Of a stretch of DNA of 10,798 nt, positions 1 through 8,477 are shown piece after piece. Below the pieces are notes generated by a model that made no database searches, was not told the DNA's origin, and saw nothing but the letters and a program-made list of their open reading frames with translations. Source of the DNA: a virus. The DNA is taken from UHGV virus genome UHGV-1759085, one strand, 5' to 3'. The translations under genes and the position numbers were made by a program. How positions within the stretch are numbered: position 1 is the first letter of the stretch; each line of letters opens with the position of its first letter.

Positions 1-807
1 CTGAGTATTCATTCTTGCAAGTGTGTTATTAACAGACGACACCAAAAGCTCATAATAACCATCACCAACTGGTGATTTAGATAATTGAGAAATTGATGTT
101 GCTCCACGTCCACAATGTACAACTACAGCTCCCCTTCCGCTTAAACGATACCATTCATTGGCAAACTCCCCCCAGGCATGCCCTGAGGATGCAACTCCCG
201 ATGAACTAACCATATTCTGAATTATTGGCTTTATAGTTCCATCCCTGAAATCGTACATTAACGATTTTGGAAGAGGGTCAGGAAAGCCAGATGTATCACC
301 TGATAAAATAGCCTCGCCTACACTATTTGACTGCCCATACGTAACAAATATATCGTATACATCTGGTGACTCAAGATATTCTGTCGCAATAACATTACTT
401 GCTATTTTTGATGCTGTTACTCCAGATATTATTGCTGAACTATTATTTTCTGATAGCCTTCTTTCTAATTGATCTGGATCATACTTCAATACATTTGGAA
501 AATAGAACTGCTGCGAACCATACGCATCATAAACAGCCATAGAATGTCCTTGCACGGTAACGAACTTGGCAATCTGTCCGTTATATACCGGATATCCAGC
601 AGCGTTAATGGTGATTGGTTGAGAAACAGGAACGTGAGAACCGTCCTCGCTCTCCATATAAACCTGAATCTGGTTTTCAGGATTTACAGGATCAGTGTCA
701 ATCTGACCGATATAAATTTTACCATTGGCATTGGCTTTAAATGAACGAGATAAAGTAAATAATTGACTTGGTTGCGATACAACGATATTTGGCGTGATAT
801 CTGGCAT
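1..807 (-). CDS. Tailspike protein, 5' portion only (about 269 codons); P22-type N-terminal head-binding domain followed by a non-P22 domain carrying an SGNH/sialate-O-acetylesterase-like GQSN motif; C-terminus lies beyond the window start
   Basis: Not in the ORF track because it is open at the window edge. Manual minus-strand translation from the ATG at 807..805 (SD-like CAGGAG a few nt upstream) is stop-free to coordinate 1 and begins [50 protein letters not shown]..., which closely matches my recollection of the P22 gp9 head-binding domain. GQSNSVG is encoded at 316..336. Confidence 0.85.
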   Translation of the reverse strand, partial: MPDITPNIVVSQPSQLFTLSRSFKANANGKIYIGQIDTDPVNPENQIQVYMESEDGSHVPVSQPITINAAGYPVYNGQIAKFVTVQGHSMAVYDAYGSQQFYFPNVLKYDPDQLERRLSENNSSAIISGVTASKIASNVIATEYLESPDVYDIFVTYGQSNSVGEAILSGDTSGFPDPLPKSLMYDFRDGTIKPIIQNMVSSSGVASSGHAWGEFANEWYRLSGRGAVVVHCGRGATSISQLSKSPVGDGYYELLVSSVNNTLARMNTQ

Positions 808-978
808 TGATTTGCTCCTGGAATAGAAAAGCTGTGTAAGATATAACTTTCACAGACTTGCATTAAATTCGGTTAAAATTAGTTAATTACTCTGGGTGGA
901 GGGTTGGCTATGCAAAGAGAGATGATGAACATTGCATTCTACATATTTGGTTTTTGCACGTACCTGTTGTTTGCAAAG
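808..978 (-). promoter_or_regulatory. AT-rich intergenic region between the gp16-like ejection gene and the tailspike; holds the tailspike ribosome-binding site and possible sigma70-like elements
   Basis: 171-bp non-coding gap in an otherwise overlapping operon; AT-rich stretch around 840..890; SD upstream of the tailspike ATG. Promoter hexamers are weak matches only. Confidence 0.3.
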
Positions 979-2976
979 CTATTCTGACAACGCATCAGAC
1001 TTAGCCCCCTGCGTCATAGCGTTAATAGCCTTTTGTGCCTGCTGCATGGCTTTCTCAAAAGATGTTGATCCGCGTGGGGTGTTTGCCATTCTGAGCATTG
1101 CATTTCTGAATGGTTCGCCCTCATAGGCGCGAGTAAGAAGTCCGTAGCTTACTGCTGCGCCAGTTGTCGCCGGGTTCATTGCCGTCCCATACCCAATAAT
1201 GAACGGGATAGTTTGCTGCCCTGTGGGTGTTGTTACTGCCGCTTTTGCAGCCTGCTGCGTGGATTGCAGGTAGTTTTTTAATCCTTTCAGATAAGCAGCG
1301 TCCTGCCCCTTAAATGTGATGCCAGTCTGGTTTTGCAGGATGTTAAGCTGACGAAGGAACTGGTCAGGGGATCCGCCAGATTTCTCTATCGCCTTTCCAA
1401 TGATGCCATTGCGCATTTGCGCTCTTCCAACGCGACCAACTGAGTTATACAGCGTCTTAATTTCCGATTTGTTCTTGCTGAATAGCATGTTATTCACAAC
1501 TTCCGGCGTCAGGTCTCCTTTCATGAGAACATTCTTCAGCCTGGTATTCTTTAGTTTCGCCGCTTCGTCAGCGTAGACGGCATTGGCCTGCTGATATTTA
1601 CGGAGAGTATCATTGCCAAGATTCTGACCAATGGCACCATTGATATCGTCGGTCATCGCCTTGTAAACGCGCTGTATGGCGGCATCGGAACGGTTTGGTA
1701 ACACTGGTCGCTCACCCTTCACGTCCATTCTGAACTGGCTGCGCAGATCGCTTAACTGCTTCAAATCCAGATTGACCGGACCATCAGGGCCAGCATTGCG
1801 AACAAGCTCATCACGATATGACTGAAGTTTTGAAATTGTCTCGTTATCAGCTACCTTACCAAGCTTCTGCAGATTAGATATTTCTGTATCAATCTGCTGA
1901 ATTGCTCGTGCAGGCTGAATGTTTACTCCTGCCATAGCATTCTGAACCTGCTCCAGTCGATTACCTGCAGCACGACGAATTCCTGATGTTTTCGCTTTAA
2001 GGCTGTCAATAACAACAGCTGGATCATACTCACCGAATTTATCAGCAAATCTCTGCACCAACTGGCTTCTCGCTTCCTGTTGCGTTGCTCTCATTCCGCT
2101 TGTGCCAGCCAGAGGGATATTTTCTGCTGTAGTCTGCGCCATTTTTCCGACGCGGGAAGTGGGTTGTAACAGGTCTGTGGTGTGCAGAGGTACTCCTTCA
2201 CGCTCTGCAAATCTGATAGCCTGCTGCGCTTCTGGCGCGATAGCACCACGAACGCCACGATAAGCAGCTCCTAATCCACGTCCGGCAGCGTTAATAGCAC
2301 CGCCAGTAAGTACACCAACGCCTAAATCGGTGGCGAGTGCTTCCGCATCATCTTTCGCACTATTTGCTGCAAGTGATCCAACTGCGTTTTCAGCGAGAAG
2401 GCGGGTTGCACCCTGAGCAATTCGACCAGCAAGTGTTGGTGCCTGTGTTGCCGCTCTCTCAACGCCAGCAGGAGTGAGGTAAGGCAATGCTTCAGCAAAT
2501 ACCCTGCCCTCTGTCGTTTGTGGAGTCAGCGCACCTTGCTGAAGGCCAAAGTCCTGCTCTAATCCCTGCGTTGTTACTCGTGGTGCTGGTTGATATGTTC
2601 CATCGCCAATACCGAGTTTACCGCCAGCCCATGCCGCCGCGCTTGTTACAGCATCGGCAACTGATGCAGGTATGTTTGCCACGTTCACGCCAGCCTGCAC
2701 CAGTCCGCGACCAGTCTCTTTTACTGCTTCGCCAAGATCAGACATAAATCCACTTTGCTGTGGTTGTTGCTGTGCTACTGGTTGCTGTGTCTCCACTGGC
2801 CGCACTGATGGCAATGGATAGGCAGCATAGAAAGCTTGCTTAGCCTGCTCTGCATTTTCTCCGGCTTGCGGGGCCACGACTTCATTGAAGTATTGCTCCT
2901 GAGCTTGCGCTTTTTGTTCTGGTGCTAACGCCTGATACTGTGGAGAGGCGATAACATCTTTCCATGCTTTAGCCAT
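979..2976 (-). CDS. Ejection (internal virion / DNA-injection) protein, P22 gp16-like by position
   Basis: 665-aa ORF, last of three consecutive ejection-protein-sized genes before the tailspike, as in the P22 gene order 7-20-16-9; start codon shares a base with the upstream stop (TAATG at 2974..2978); Q-rich low-complexity N-terminal region. Confidence 0.75.
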   Translation of the reverse strand: MAKAWKDVIASPQYQALAPEQKAQAQEQYFNEVVAPQAGENAEQAKQAFYAAYPLPSVRPVETQQPVAQQQPQQSGFMSDLGEAVKETGRGLVQAGVNVANIPASVADAVTSAAAWAGGKLGIGDGTYQPAPRVTTQGLEQDFGLQQGALTPQTTEGRVFAEALPYLTPAGVERAATQAPTLAGRIAQGATRLLAENAVGSLAANSAKDDAEALATDLGVGVLTGGAINAAGRGLGAAYRGVRGAIAPEAQQAIRFAEREGVPLHTTDLLQPTSRVGKMAQTTAENIPLAGTSGMRATQQEARSQLVQRFADKFGEYDPAVVIDSLKAKTSGIRRAAGNRLEQVQNAMAGVNIQPARAIQQIDTEISNLQKLGKVADNETISKLQSYRDELVRNAGPDGPVNLDLKQLSDLRSQFRMDVKGERPVLPNRSDAAIQRVYKAMTDDINGAIGQNLGNDTLRKYQQANAVYADEAAKLKNTRLKNVLMKGDLTPEVVNNMLFSKNKSEIKTLYNSVGRVGRAQMRNGIIGKAIEKSGGSPDQFLRQLNILQNQTGITFKGQDAAYLKGLKNYLQSTQQAAKAAVTTPTGQQTIPFIIGYGTAMNPATTGAAVSYGLLTRAYEGEPFRNAMLRMANTPRGSTSFEKAMQQAQKAINAMTQGAKSDALSE

Positions 2977-4271
2977 TAATCACCCCATAGTGAAGAAAAA
3001 TTACTGCCAGTAGTAGGTTGTTGCGCTGGCGTATTCTGTACTGGCTCCTGATAATCAAACTGTTTTTTAACAGTGCTCAACTTGCTTTCAAGCTGATTTC
3101 TAATCTTTCCGATAGAGTCACGAAAAGCCTTTTCACTCATTTTGGGGCTTAGGGCACCAACCGCATCGGATAATTTTTTACCCTCAGCATCTGAAAGAGC
3201 ACCCATCCCCTTCAGGGACTGCACCATAGGAAGGAATGTTTGAGCTTTAAAGGTGTCGAGCCTTGCTTCAAAGTTAGCCGCATCAGAGCCAGGAACTGTC
3301 GGAAACGCTGAGCGAATTCCTACTGCTTTTGAAAGGCCGGGGCTTTGCTCTATCTCGTTGAGAGAATCAAGCGCGGTGCTGAACGTATCAACTGCACCCT
3401 GAGCGGCGGCCTGCCTGTCAGCGCGGGCTATGTCAGCCTTTTGCCTAACATCTGCCTGTTTCTGTTTTAGCTCTTCAAGCTTTAACTGATTGCTTTCTCT
3501 GGCTATCTGTCTGTCCAGAGCCTTTTCTTGTAATTCTGCTCTTTGTATTTCGCGGGAAAGAGCAGCATTCTGTGCGCTGATGTTCTGTCCACGTATCTGG
3601 ATGTCCTGACCTCGAGCTGTTAGCGCCTCTCCAGCCTGATTGCTGCGGATTGTCTCTGCCAGCCTGCCTCGGTCAATTTCACGACCAGCCATCTTGTCCT
3701 GAACATTGAAGTAGTCAATCGGACCAAGAGCAGCCATCCCAAGGTGATCAACAAACTCACCAAATCCTGAGGGATTCTGCTGATACATCTGAGCAACGTT
3801 GTTAGGATCAACACCGACGCGCGCCAGCTCATTGGCGTTGTTTTGCAGCCAGGATTGCATTGCTTCTGGAGATGATGATGCAAGGCGAGCGCCAGCCGCT
3901 AATGTGCCGATAGAATTGCGCTGGTCTTCATCAATGAATCCCATTCCTTTACGAACAGATTCAATCTGGTCTGGATATTGAGTAGCCAACTGACGCAAAG
4001 CACCGCGATCACCAGACGCATAAGCATTAGCGTATGCCTGCTGAAATTCTTTCTGCCGCTGAGCCTGCTTTTCCTGCTGAAAAACCCCCGCAATACCAGA
4101 AAGACCTTGCAAAGCAGTCAGCCCAACATTGTTAGCGCCTGAACGCTCAATATCATTGTTCTGCCTGATAAGCTGAAGCGTATTGCCGATGCCATTTACG
4201 TTAGGAGCGTTTGAGTTGACGCCACCGATACCAGCCAACAATCCGCCGTTTGTTCCTTGCCAAGTAGCCAT
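2976..4271 (-). CDS. Ejection protein, P22 gp20-like by position
   Basis: 431-aa ORF between the gp7-like and gp16-like genes; AAGGGG SD upstream of the ATG at 4271..4269; long predicted helical, charged central region. Confidence 0.75.
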   Translation of the reverse strand: MATWQGTNGGLLAGIGGVNSNAPNVNGIGNTLQLIRQNNDIERSGANNVGLTALQGLSGIAGVFQQEKQAQRQKEFQQAYANAYASGDRGALRQLATQYPDQIESVRKGMGFIDEDQRNSIGTLAAGARLASSSPEAMQSWLQNNANELARVGVDPNNVAQMYQQNPSGFGEFVDHLGMAALGPIDYFNVQDKMAGREIDRGRLAETIRSNQAGEALTARGQDIQIRGQNISAQNAALSREIQRAELQEKALDRQIARESNQLKLEELKQKQADVRQKADIARADRQAAAQGAVDTFSTALDSLNEIEQSPGLSKAVGIRSAFPTVPGSDAANFEARLDTFKAQTFLPMVQSLKGMGALSDAEGKKLSDAVGALSPKMSEKAFRDSIGKIRNQLESKLSTVKKQFDYQEPVQNTPAQQPTTGSNFSSLWGD

Positions 4272-4280
4272 GATTACCCC

Positions 4281-4973
4281 TTAAAACAACGAGCCAAGCA
4301 GGCCAAGTCCGCCGCCAATTGCCGCACCTAATCCAGTGCCAAGTCCGGGAACAATAGAGCCAAGAGCAGCGCCAGTCATAGCTCCTGAAGCTCCGCCACT
4401 AATTGCTGTCTGAAGGCCTGATGGTTTATTGGCATTAGCAGCGGCAAGTGCTGCGCTTTGCTGTGCAATGCTGCTCATGTTGTTGGCGTACGTCTGCCCG
4501 GCGTTTGCCTGACCTTGCAGAGCACCAAGCCCAACGTTTGCCAGATTGTTGTAATTGCTCATCTGGTTTGATAACCAAGACTGACCGAGAGTCGGCGCGA
4601 TCGTAGCCAGTTGATTGCTTGTAGCTGTCGAACCAAGTCCTCCCGTAGCCTCCGCAGCAGCAAGACTCTGGTAACGAGCCTGACCTGCAAGGTCTTTATA
4701 CTGCTGAGAGTTGTAATACTGATTAAGTGCCTGACCCTGTCCTTCTAAACTGGAAAGGTTCTGAAGCTGGTTAACATACTGCTCCGCAAGCGGCGTGAAC
4801 GGAGCAAGGTTTTTCATGATCGTCTGCCACTGCTGATTTTGCAGGTCTGCGGCATACTTCTGGGCTTCTGCTGCATACTTTGCGCTTTTATCTGAGCCAC
4901 CTTTCCCGCCTTTTTCAGGGCAATAAGGTTCCTCGCCGCGCAGTTTTCTGCCCAGCTTAAATGCATATAACAT
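4281..4973 (-). CDS. Ejection protein, P22 gp7-like by position, with a glycine-rich hydrophobic C-terminal tail
   Basis: 230-aa ORF (P22 gp7 is of similar size, from memory); GGGAG SD inside the upstream gene; C-terminus ...GLGTGLGAAIGGGLGLLGSLF. Confidence 0.75.
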   Translation of the reverse strand: MLYAFKLGRKLRGEEPYCPEKGGKGGSDKSAKYAAEAQKYAADLQNQQWQTIMKNLAPFTPLAEQYVNQLQNLSSLEGQGQALNQYYNSQQYKDLAGQARYQSLAAAEATGGLGSTATSNQLATIAPTLGQSWLSNQMSNYNNLANVGLGALQGQANAGQTYANNMSSIAQQSAALAAANANKPSGLQTAISGGASGAMTGAALGSIVPGLGTGLGAAIGGGLGLLGSLF

Positions 4974-4975
4974 GG

Positions 4976-5431
4976 CTATCTCCCGTGATTCAGGAAATCG
5001 ATTAGTTCTTCGCGTGTTGCGCTGTAAAAAGTCACGTCATCCACGCCTTTGAAGTATTTCTTGATGGTTCCTACACGCTTAAGGCCAATCATTGCGCAGT
5101 ACATCTGCCCGTGGCGGAATTTGCGTGCAGCGAACGATGTGACGCACTGAACGGTGGTGTTAGTCAGAATGTATCGCCAGAACGCCAGCCCGATTTCCTT
5201 GCTGAAGCCGCGAATCTCTGGCAGGTACATGGCGTGGCAATCGAATGTCAGCGGCTGAATCTCCTGATAGTAAACAATGCCGCCGAACTGCCCGTGCACG
5301 TTAACCTCAAAGTAATGGCATTCAGGCTTGTAGTCGTATCCATCGCCGTTGTTGCTCCCGGCAATAATGTCAGGGTGATTTCCGACTGCTTCGATCAGGT
5401 CGATGTTTCGCGTTGGTTTGAACTGAATCAT
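4976..5431 (-). CDS. P22 gp14-like virion-associated protein (position-equivalent gene between tail needle and ejection proteins)
   Basis: 151-aa ORF whose ATG shares a base with the tail needle stop (TAATG at 5429..5433); matches the position of gene 14 in the P22 late operon. Confidence 0.65.
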   Translation of the reverse strand: MIQFKPTRNIDLIEAVGNHPDIIAGSNNGDGYDYKPECHYFEVNVHGQFGGIVYYQEIQPLTFDCHAMYLPEIRGFSKEIGLAFWRYILTNTTVQCVTSFAARKFRHGQMYCAMIGLKRVGTIKKYFKGVDDVTFYSATREELIDFLNHGR

Positions 5432-6384
5432 TACTGCTCCGCGATTATCTTGATGGTTGTGGCAGTAAACGCCGCACCATTCGACTGAATGGTTAACGTA
5501 CTGCCATTTGTGGCAAGAAAGCCGTCTTTATCCACGCTGAAGAACGTAGCTAACAGGATGTTGTCGGTTGTTGTCACCGCATTACGACTGCTGACCAACG
5601 TGTCAGGAACAGAGCCGGAAAAGGTTAGCTGCATTGACCTGTTGGCGGTTCCGCTGGGCCACGTCCCGACGATCGACAGCTTGAAGAACAAGGTTTTGTT
5701 CTCGTTGAACACAACCATCTTGTTGTTAACGGTGTCGAAGAATGGTGCCAACGAGCCTGATGACGGCGTGAGCGTTTTCAGCAGGCTAACAAGGTTGGTC
5801 GGCGCTGTCGGGATGGTTACAGATACGCCAGAGTAAACAACCTCTGATTTCTTGCGCGTGGTGGCATACTCAAGTGCAGATATTCTTGTTGAGTGATCAC
5901 CAGCTGTGCTTTGTAGCGTCGAAATACTTCCCTCTGCCGCTGTGAGCCTGGTATCAAGTGCGTCGATATCGTTTGTATTCTGAGTTATGCGCGCATCATG
6001 GTTTGCTAACTCAGATTCATTGGCAGCAATTCGCGTCTCGTGATCAGCCAGCTCTGTTTCAGCAGCCGTAATCCTTTTTTCATGATCTGCAAGAGTGCTT
6101 TCCGCTGCTGCAATTCTATGTTCATGATTGATGAGAGTTGCTTCAGCAGCTTCAATTCTGGATTCATGGTCTGCAAGGGTGACATCCTGCTCATCGTTCC
6201 TGACCTGTGCATCATAAGCGCCCTGTCCGGCCTCGTTGGCTTTGTTAGCCACGTTACCAACATCAGTGCCCTGTGCGATAACGTAAAGCAGATACGACTG
6301 CGAGAAGATATTGCGTGGAAGGACTGATGTGTCGAGCCGTGTAGCCTGAATGATTACCGGCACATTGAGATTCGAATCCGCCAT
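5431..6384 (-). CDS. Tail needle (P22 gp26-like) with conserved N-terminal plug domain, repeat-built coiled-coil and a C-terminal beta-rich knob-like domain
   Basis: 317-aa ORF; N-terminus [68 protein letters not shown] matches my recollection of P22 gp26; followed by 14-residue LADHExRIxAAExx-type repeats and about 140 C-terminal residues without heptad character. Confidence 0.9.
   Translation of the reverse strand: MADSNLNVPVIIQATRLDTSVLPRNIFSQSYLLYVIAQGTDVGNVANKANEAGQGAYDAQVRNDEQDVTLADHESRIEAAEATLINHEHRIAAAESTLADHEKRITAAETELADHETRIAANESELANHDARITQNTNDIDALDTRLTAAEGSISTLQSTAGDHSTRISALEYATTRKKSEVVYSGVSVTIPTAPTNLVSLLKTLTPSSGSLAPFFDTVNNKMVVFNENKTLFFKLSIVGTWPSGTANRSMQLTFSGSVPDTLVSSRNAVTTTDNILLATFFSVDKDGFLATNGSTLTIQSNGAAFTATTIKIIAEQ
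5953..6204 (-). repeat. Tandem array of about six degenerate 42-bp units inside the tail needle gene, encoding 14-residue coiled-coil repeats
   Basis: Plus-strand units anchored by ttcatgatctgcaag-like motifs at 5995, 6037, 6079, 6121 and 6163, spaced exactly 42 bp apart; each encodes L-A-D/N-H-E/D-x-R-I on the minus strand. Confidence 0.7.
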
Positions 6385-7802
6385 TACTCAATCCTTATCT
6401 GGCAGCCAGACAGAGTGACAGGTGACTTAGTGATAACGCGCAATTTGAAGCCGACATTTTTCCTTATTCGCCCGACACGCTTCCACAAAACGCGTTTGTC
6501 GTAAACGAACGGTTCATTCTGCTCAATCATCTGCTCACGCCCGTAATTGATGCCGTCAGTGGTTGCAGAGAGAAAAAGGCGGTCAGCATACTGCGCAACT
6601 CCAGTTGACGATTCAACTTCAAGGTCGAAAACTCTGGCGTTATCCGCTTTGAACAGAGGAGTAAACAGCAGATGTTCCTGTTGCTTGTCGTACTGGCTGC
6701 TGATGTCGAATTGCAATTTCCCGGTCACGGACTCCAGTTTATCGCCGCACGTTATCTGATTGCCTTCGTAAATGAAGTCGATAGCGCGGTACACATCGTC
6801 ATACAGTCCTGTTTTCAGCACACACCATTGCGGACCATTAGCGCTTGAAGATGCGTCGTACACGAGAACATGGCGCGGAAGGTGGATAATCAGCAACTCA
6901 TGCGCATCAAATCGCAGAGACTCCATCACGCCATCAGCCAGTTCATCAGCAGTGTAGGAGCGTAGTATTTTCTCAATGCTCGCGCTGGCGATTGGTGATA
7001 CCTGACCGGAGCCGATGATGTACACAGACGGCGCACCTGTTGCCGGATTGCTGATGAACGCATATGAATCAGAGAATGGCGTTTTGCAGTAAGTCCCGGC
7101 AATGCCTTTCTGCACCATCAGCGATGGCTGGGCGACATACAAAGCAGCACCAACTGTGGTTGCACCAGTCAGGGAGAAATATTCAATCGTCGATGAACCA
7201 AAACAGACGATGAAATCTCGCCATGTACCTATGCCGATGATGCCGTCCGGCTGAGACTCGGCACGATATTGTGCACTGTAGCGGTCAGGATGCGATTCGT
7301 CTTCAAGGTCAGTGATAAACCATGAATCAGTGCCGTCTTTTGACCACGCATAACGCCCACGTAAGCGTGTGATGTCACGGACTGAGCCTAACTCATACTG
7401 CGTGAATCCGCTGTCTGTAGGCCAGTTTGAGACAGTTTTAACCGTGCCATCATAGCGATACTCGACCAGTTGACCATTAACGCCTACAGCCTGAGATGTT
7501 CGACCATGCGCCATTGATACGCGACCACTTCCGGCGACGTCACCGACTTCGCTTTCGCCTTTGTAGAGCTTCCCACCACACACGCGATAAACAGCACTCT
7601 GCGCCATGTTGTACTCGACGCCGCGCGATATACCGTTCACATTAGAACGTTTGGCAATGCCCGGGAATGAGCGAAGATATCCGCTGCTGTTGAGGATTTC
7701 TTTGGGTGTAGCCAGCATATTCACTGGCAGATAGTCGATATAGTCGGCGTTTCGAAAGTCTTTGCCGACACCTTTCATAAGCGGAAGTTGCTGAATCGGC
7801 AT
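6384..7802 (-). CDS. Tail hub / head-completion protein, P22 gp10-like
   Basis: 472-aa ORF (same size as P22 gp10, from memory) immediately after the gp4-like gene; GAGGTG SD overlaps the upstream stop; start shares a base with the needle gene at 6384. Confidence 0.8.
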   Translation of the reverse strand: MPIQQLPLMKGVGKDFRNADYIDYLPVNMLATPKEILNSSGYLRSFPGIAKRSNVNGISRGVEYNMAQSAVYRVCGGKLYKGESEVGDVAGSGRVSMAHGRTSQAVGVNGQLVEYRYDGTVKTVSNWPTDSGFTQYELGSVRDITRLRGRYAWSKDGTDSWFITDLEDESHPDRYSAQYRAESQPDGIIGIGTWRDFIVCFGSSTIEYFSLTGATTVGAALYVAQPSLMVQKGIAGTYCKTPFSDSYAFISNPATGAPSVYIIGSGQVSPIASASIEKILRSYTADELADGVMESLRFDAHELLIIHLPRHVLVYDASSSANGPQWCVLKTGLYDDVYRAIDFIYEGNQITCGDKLESVTGKLQFDISSQYDKQQEHLLFTPLFKADNARVFDLEVESSTGVAQYADRLFLSATTDGINYGREQMIEQNEPFVYDKRVLWKRVGRIRKNVGFKLRVITKSPVTLSGCQIRIE

Positions 7803-7811
7803 TTATTCACC

Positions 7812-8273
7812 TCACGTACTCGGATCATCTTTCTCGATGTAAAACCGATTCCACGTAAACGCGCTTTTGTTACCACTACCGCGAGGCATGTCATTTCGCC
7901 GCTCAAGTGGTGGTATTTTGGTTAAAGCGATACAGATTGTCTGATATGCACTGTCAGCAGCGGTAAGGAGAGCGTCTGACGGCTGAATGACGTTATCCAT
8001 GCACACTTGCACAGCGAGTTTCAAAGCGACGCCATCATTTGCCCATGCAGGGATACCTGAATCATCGTCAGGTAACGGCATGATGCCGTTTTCTGTATCA
8101 GCAAACTGATATCCAAGCTCGATACCTTTAGCCTGCCATGCTGCCATCATGTCTTCGAGGTCATTAATGGCATCTTCAATTGCCTGAGGGTCAGCATCTG
8201 TCAACGTGGCATTGGAATACAGCCCGGCTTTTCGTAAAGCCTTAAGAACGAGATCACCCTTCGTTTTCGCCAT
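7812..8273 (-). CDS. Head-completion / tail accessory protein, P22 gp4-like
   Basis: 153-aa ORF; N-terminus MAKTKGDLVLKALRKAGLYSNATLTDADPQAIEDAINDLEDMMAAW resembles my recollection of the P22 gp4 N-terminus; sits between the coat region and the gp10-like gene. Confidence 0.85.
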   Translation of the reverse strand: MAKTKGDLVLKALRKAGLYSNATLTDADPQAIEDAINDLEDMMAAWQAKGIELGYQFADTENGIMPLPDDDSGIPAWANDGVALKLAVQVCMDNVIQPSDALLTAADSAYQTICIALTKIPPLERRNDMPRGSGNKSAFTWNRFYIEKDDPST

Positions 8274-8442
8274 CTTCTTCCGCCTTAGCCACTTTATGCT
8301 TCGTTGCGGTTTCTTCAGGAGTTTTTACCCAGCCTTTTTTCAGGTGAGATTTAACTTCTTCGTCATCAACAATGATGTAATCGACAGCAAACTGACCACA
8401 GGTGATCATGTTGCCAGGCTTATAGAGCATTGTTCGTGCCAT
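8254..8442 (-). CDS. Small hypothetical protein (62 aa) between coat and gp4-like gene; acidic C-terminus; function unknown
   Basis: ATG at 8442..8440 preceded by GGGAGAAG SD; 3' end overlaps the gp4-like start by 20 nt in another frame. The track's longer 75-aa version, starting at 8481, would begin inside the terminator hairpin with no SD, so the internal ATG is preferred. Confidence 0.5.
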   Translation of the reverse strand: MARTMLYKPGNMITCGQFAVDYIIVDDEEVKSHLKKGWVKTPEETATKHKVAKAEEDGENEG

Positions 8443-8452
8443 TGTCTTCTCC

Positions 8453-8477
8453 CAATAAAAATGGGGCCGAAGCCCCA
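8453..8477 (-). terminator. Candidate intrinsic (rho-independent) terminator or attenuator just downstream of the coat gene
   Basis: Minus-strand reading GGGGC-UUCG-GCCCC (plus 8463..8476) followed directly by AUUUUUAUU, starting 7 nt after the coat stop codon. The stem is only 5 bp but all G-C, with a UUCG tetraloop. Confidence 0.5.

Noticed and set aside
469-744. 91-aa plus-strand ORF
   Set aside because: Antisense to the tailspike head-binding domain coding region, which is strongly supported on the minus strand.
932-1126. 64-aa plus-strand ORF with a TTG start
   Set aside because: Antisense to the 3' end of the gp16-like gene, non-ATG start, no SD; distinct from the separately reported 25-codon mini-ORF at 910..987, which is in another frame.
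2487-2747. 86-aa plus-strand ORF
   Set aside because: Antisense within the gp16-like gene; Leu/Arg/Pro-rich composition typical of non-coding frames.
3620-4093. Minus-strand ORFs of 87 and 64 aa, and a 60-aa plus-strand ORF, nested in the gp20-like gene
   Set aside because: Alternative-frame or antisense ORFs wholly inside a long, well-supported CDS; no independent SD or coding signal.
5111-5836. Plus-strand ORFs of 125 and 115 aa (also 6040..6327, 6547..6759, 6772..6957, 8206..8592, 8668..9105, 9268..9522)
   Set aside because: All antisense to minus-strand structural genes that have SD sites, coupled stop/start junctions and recognisable products.
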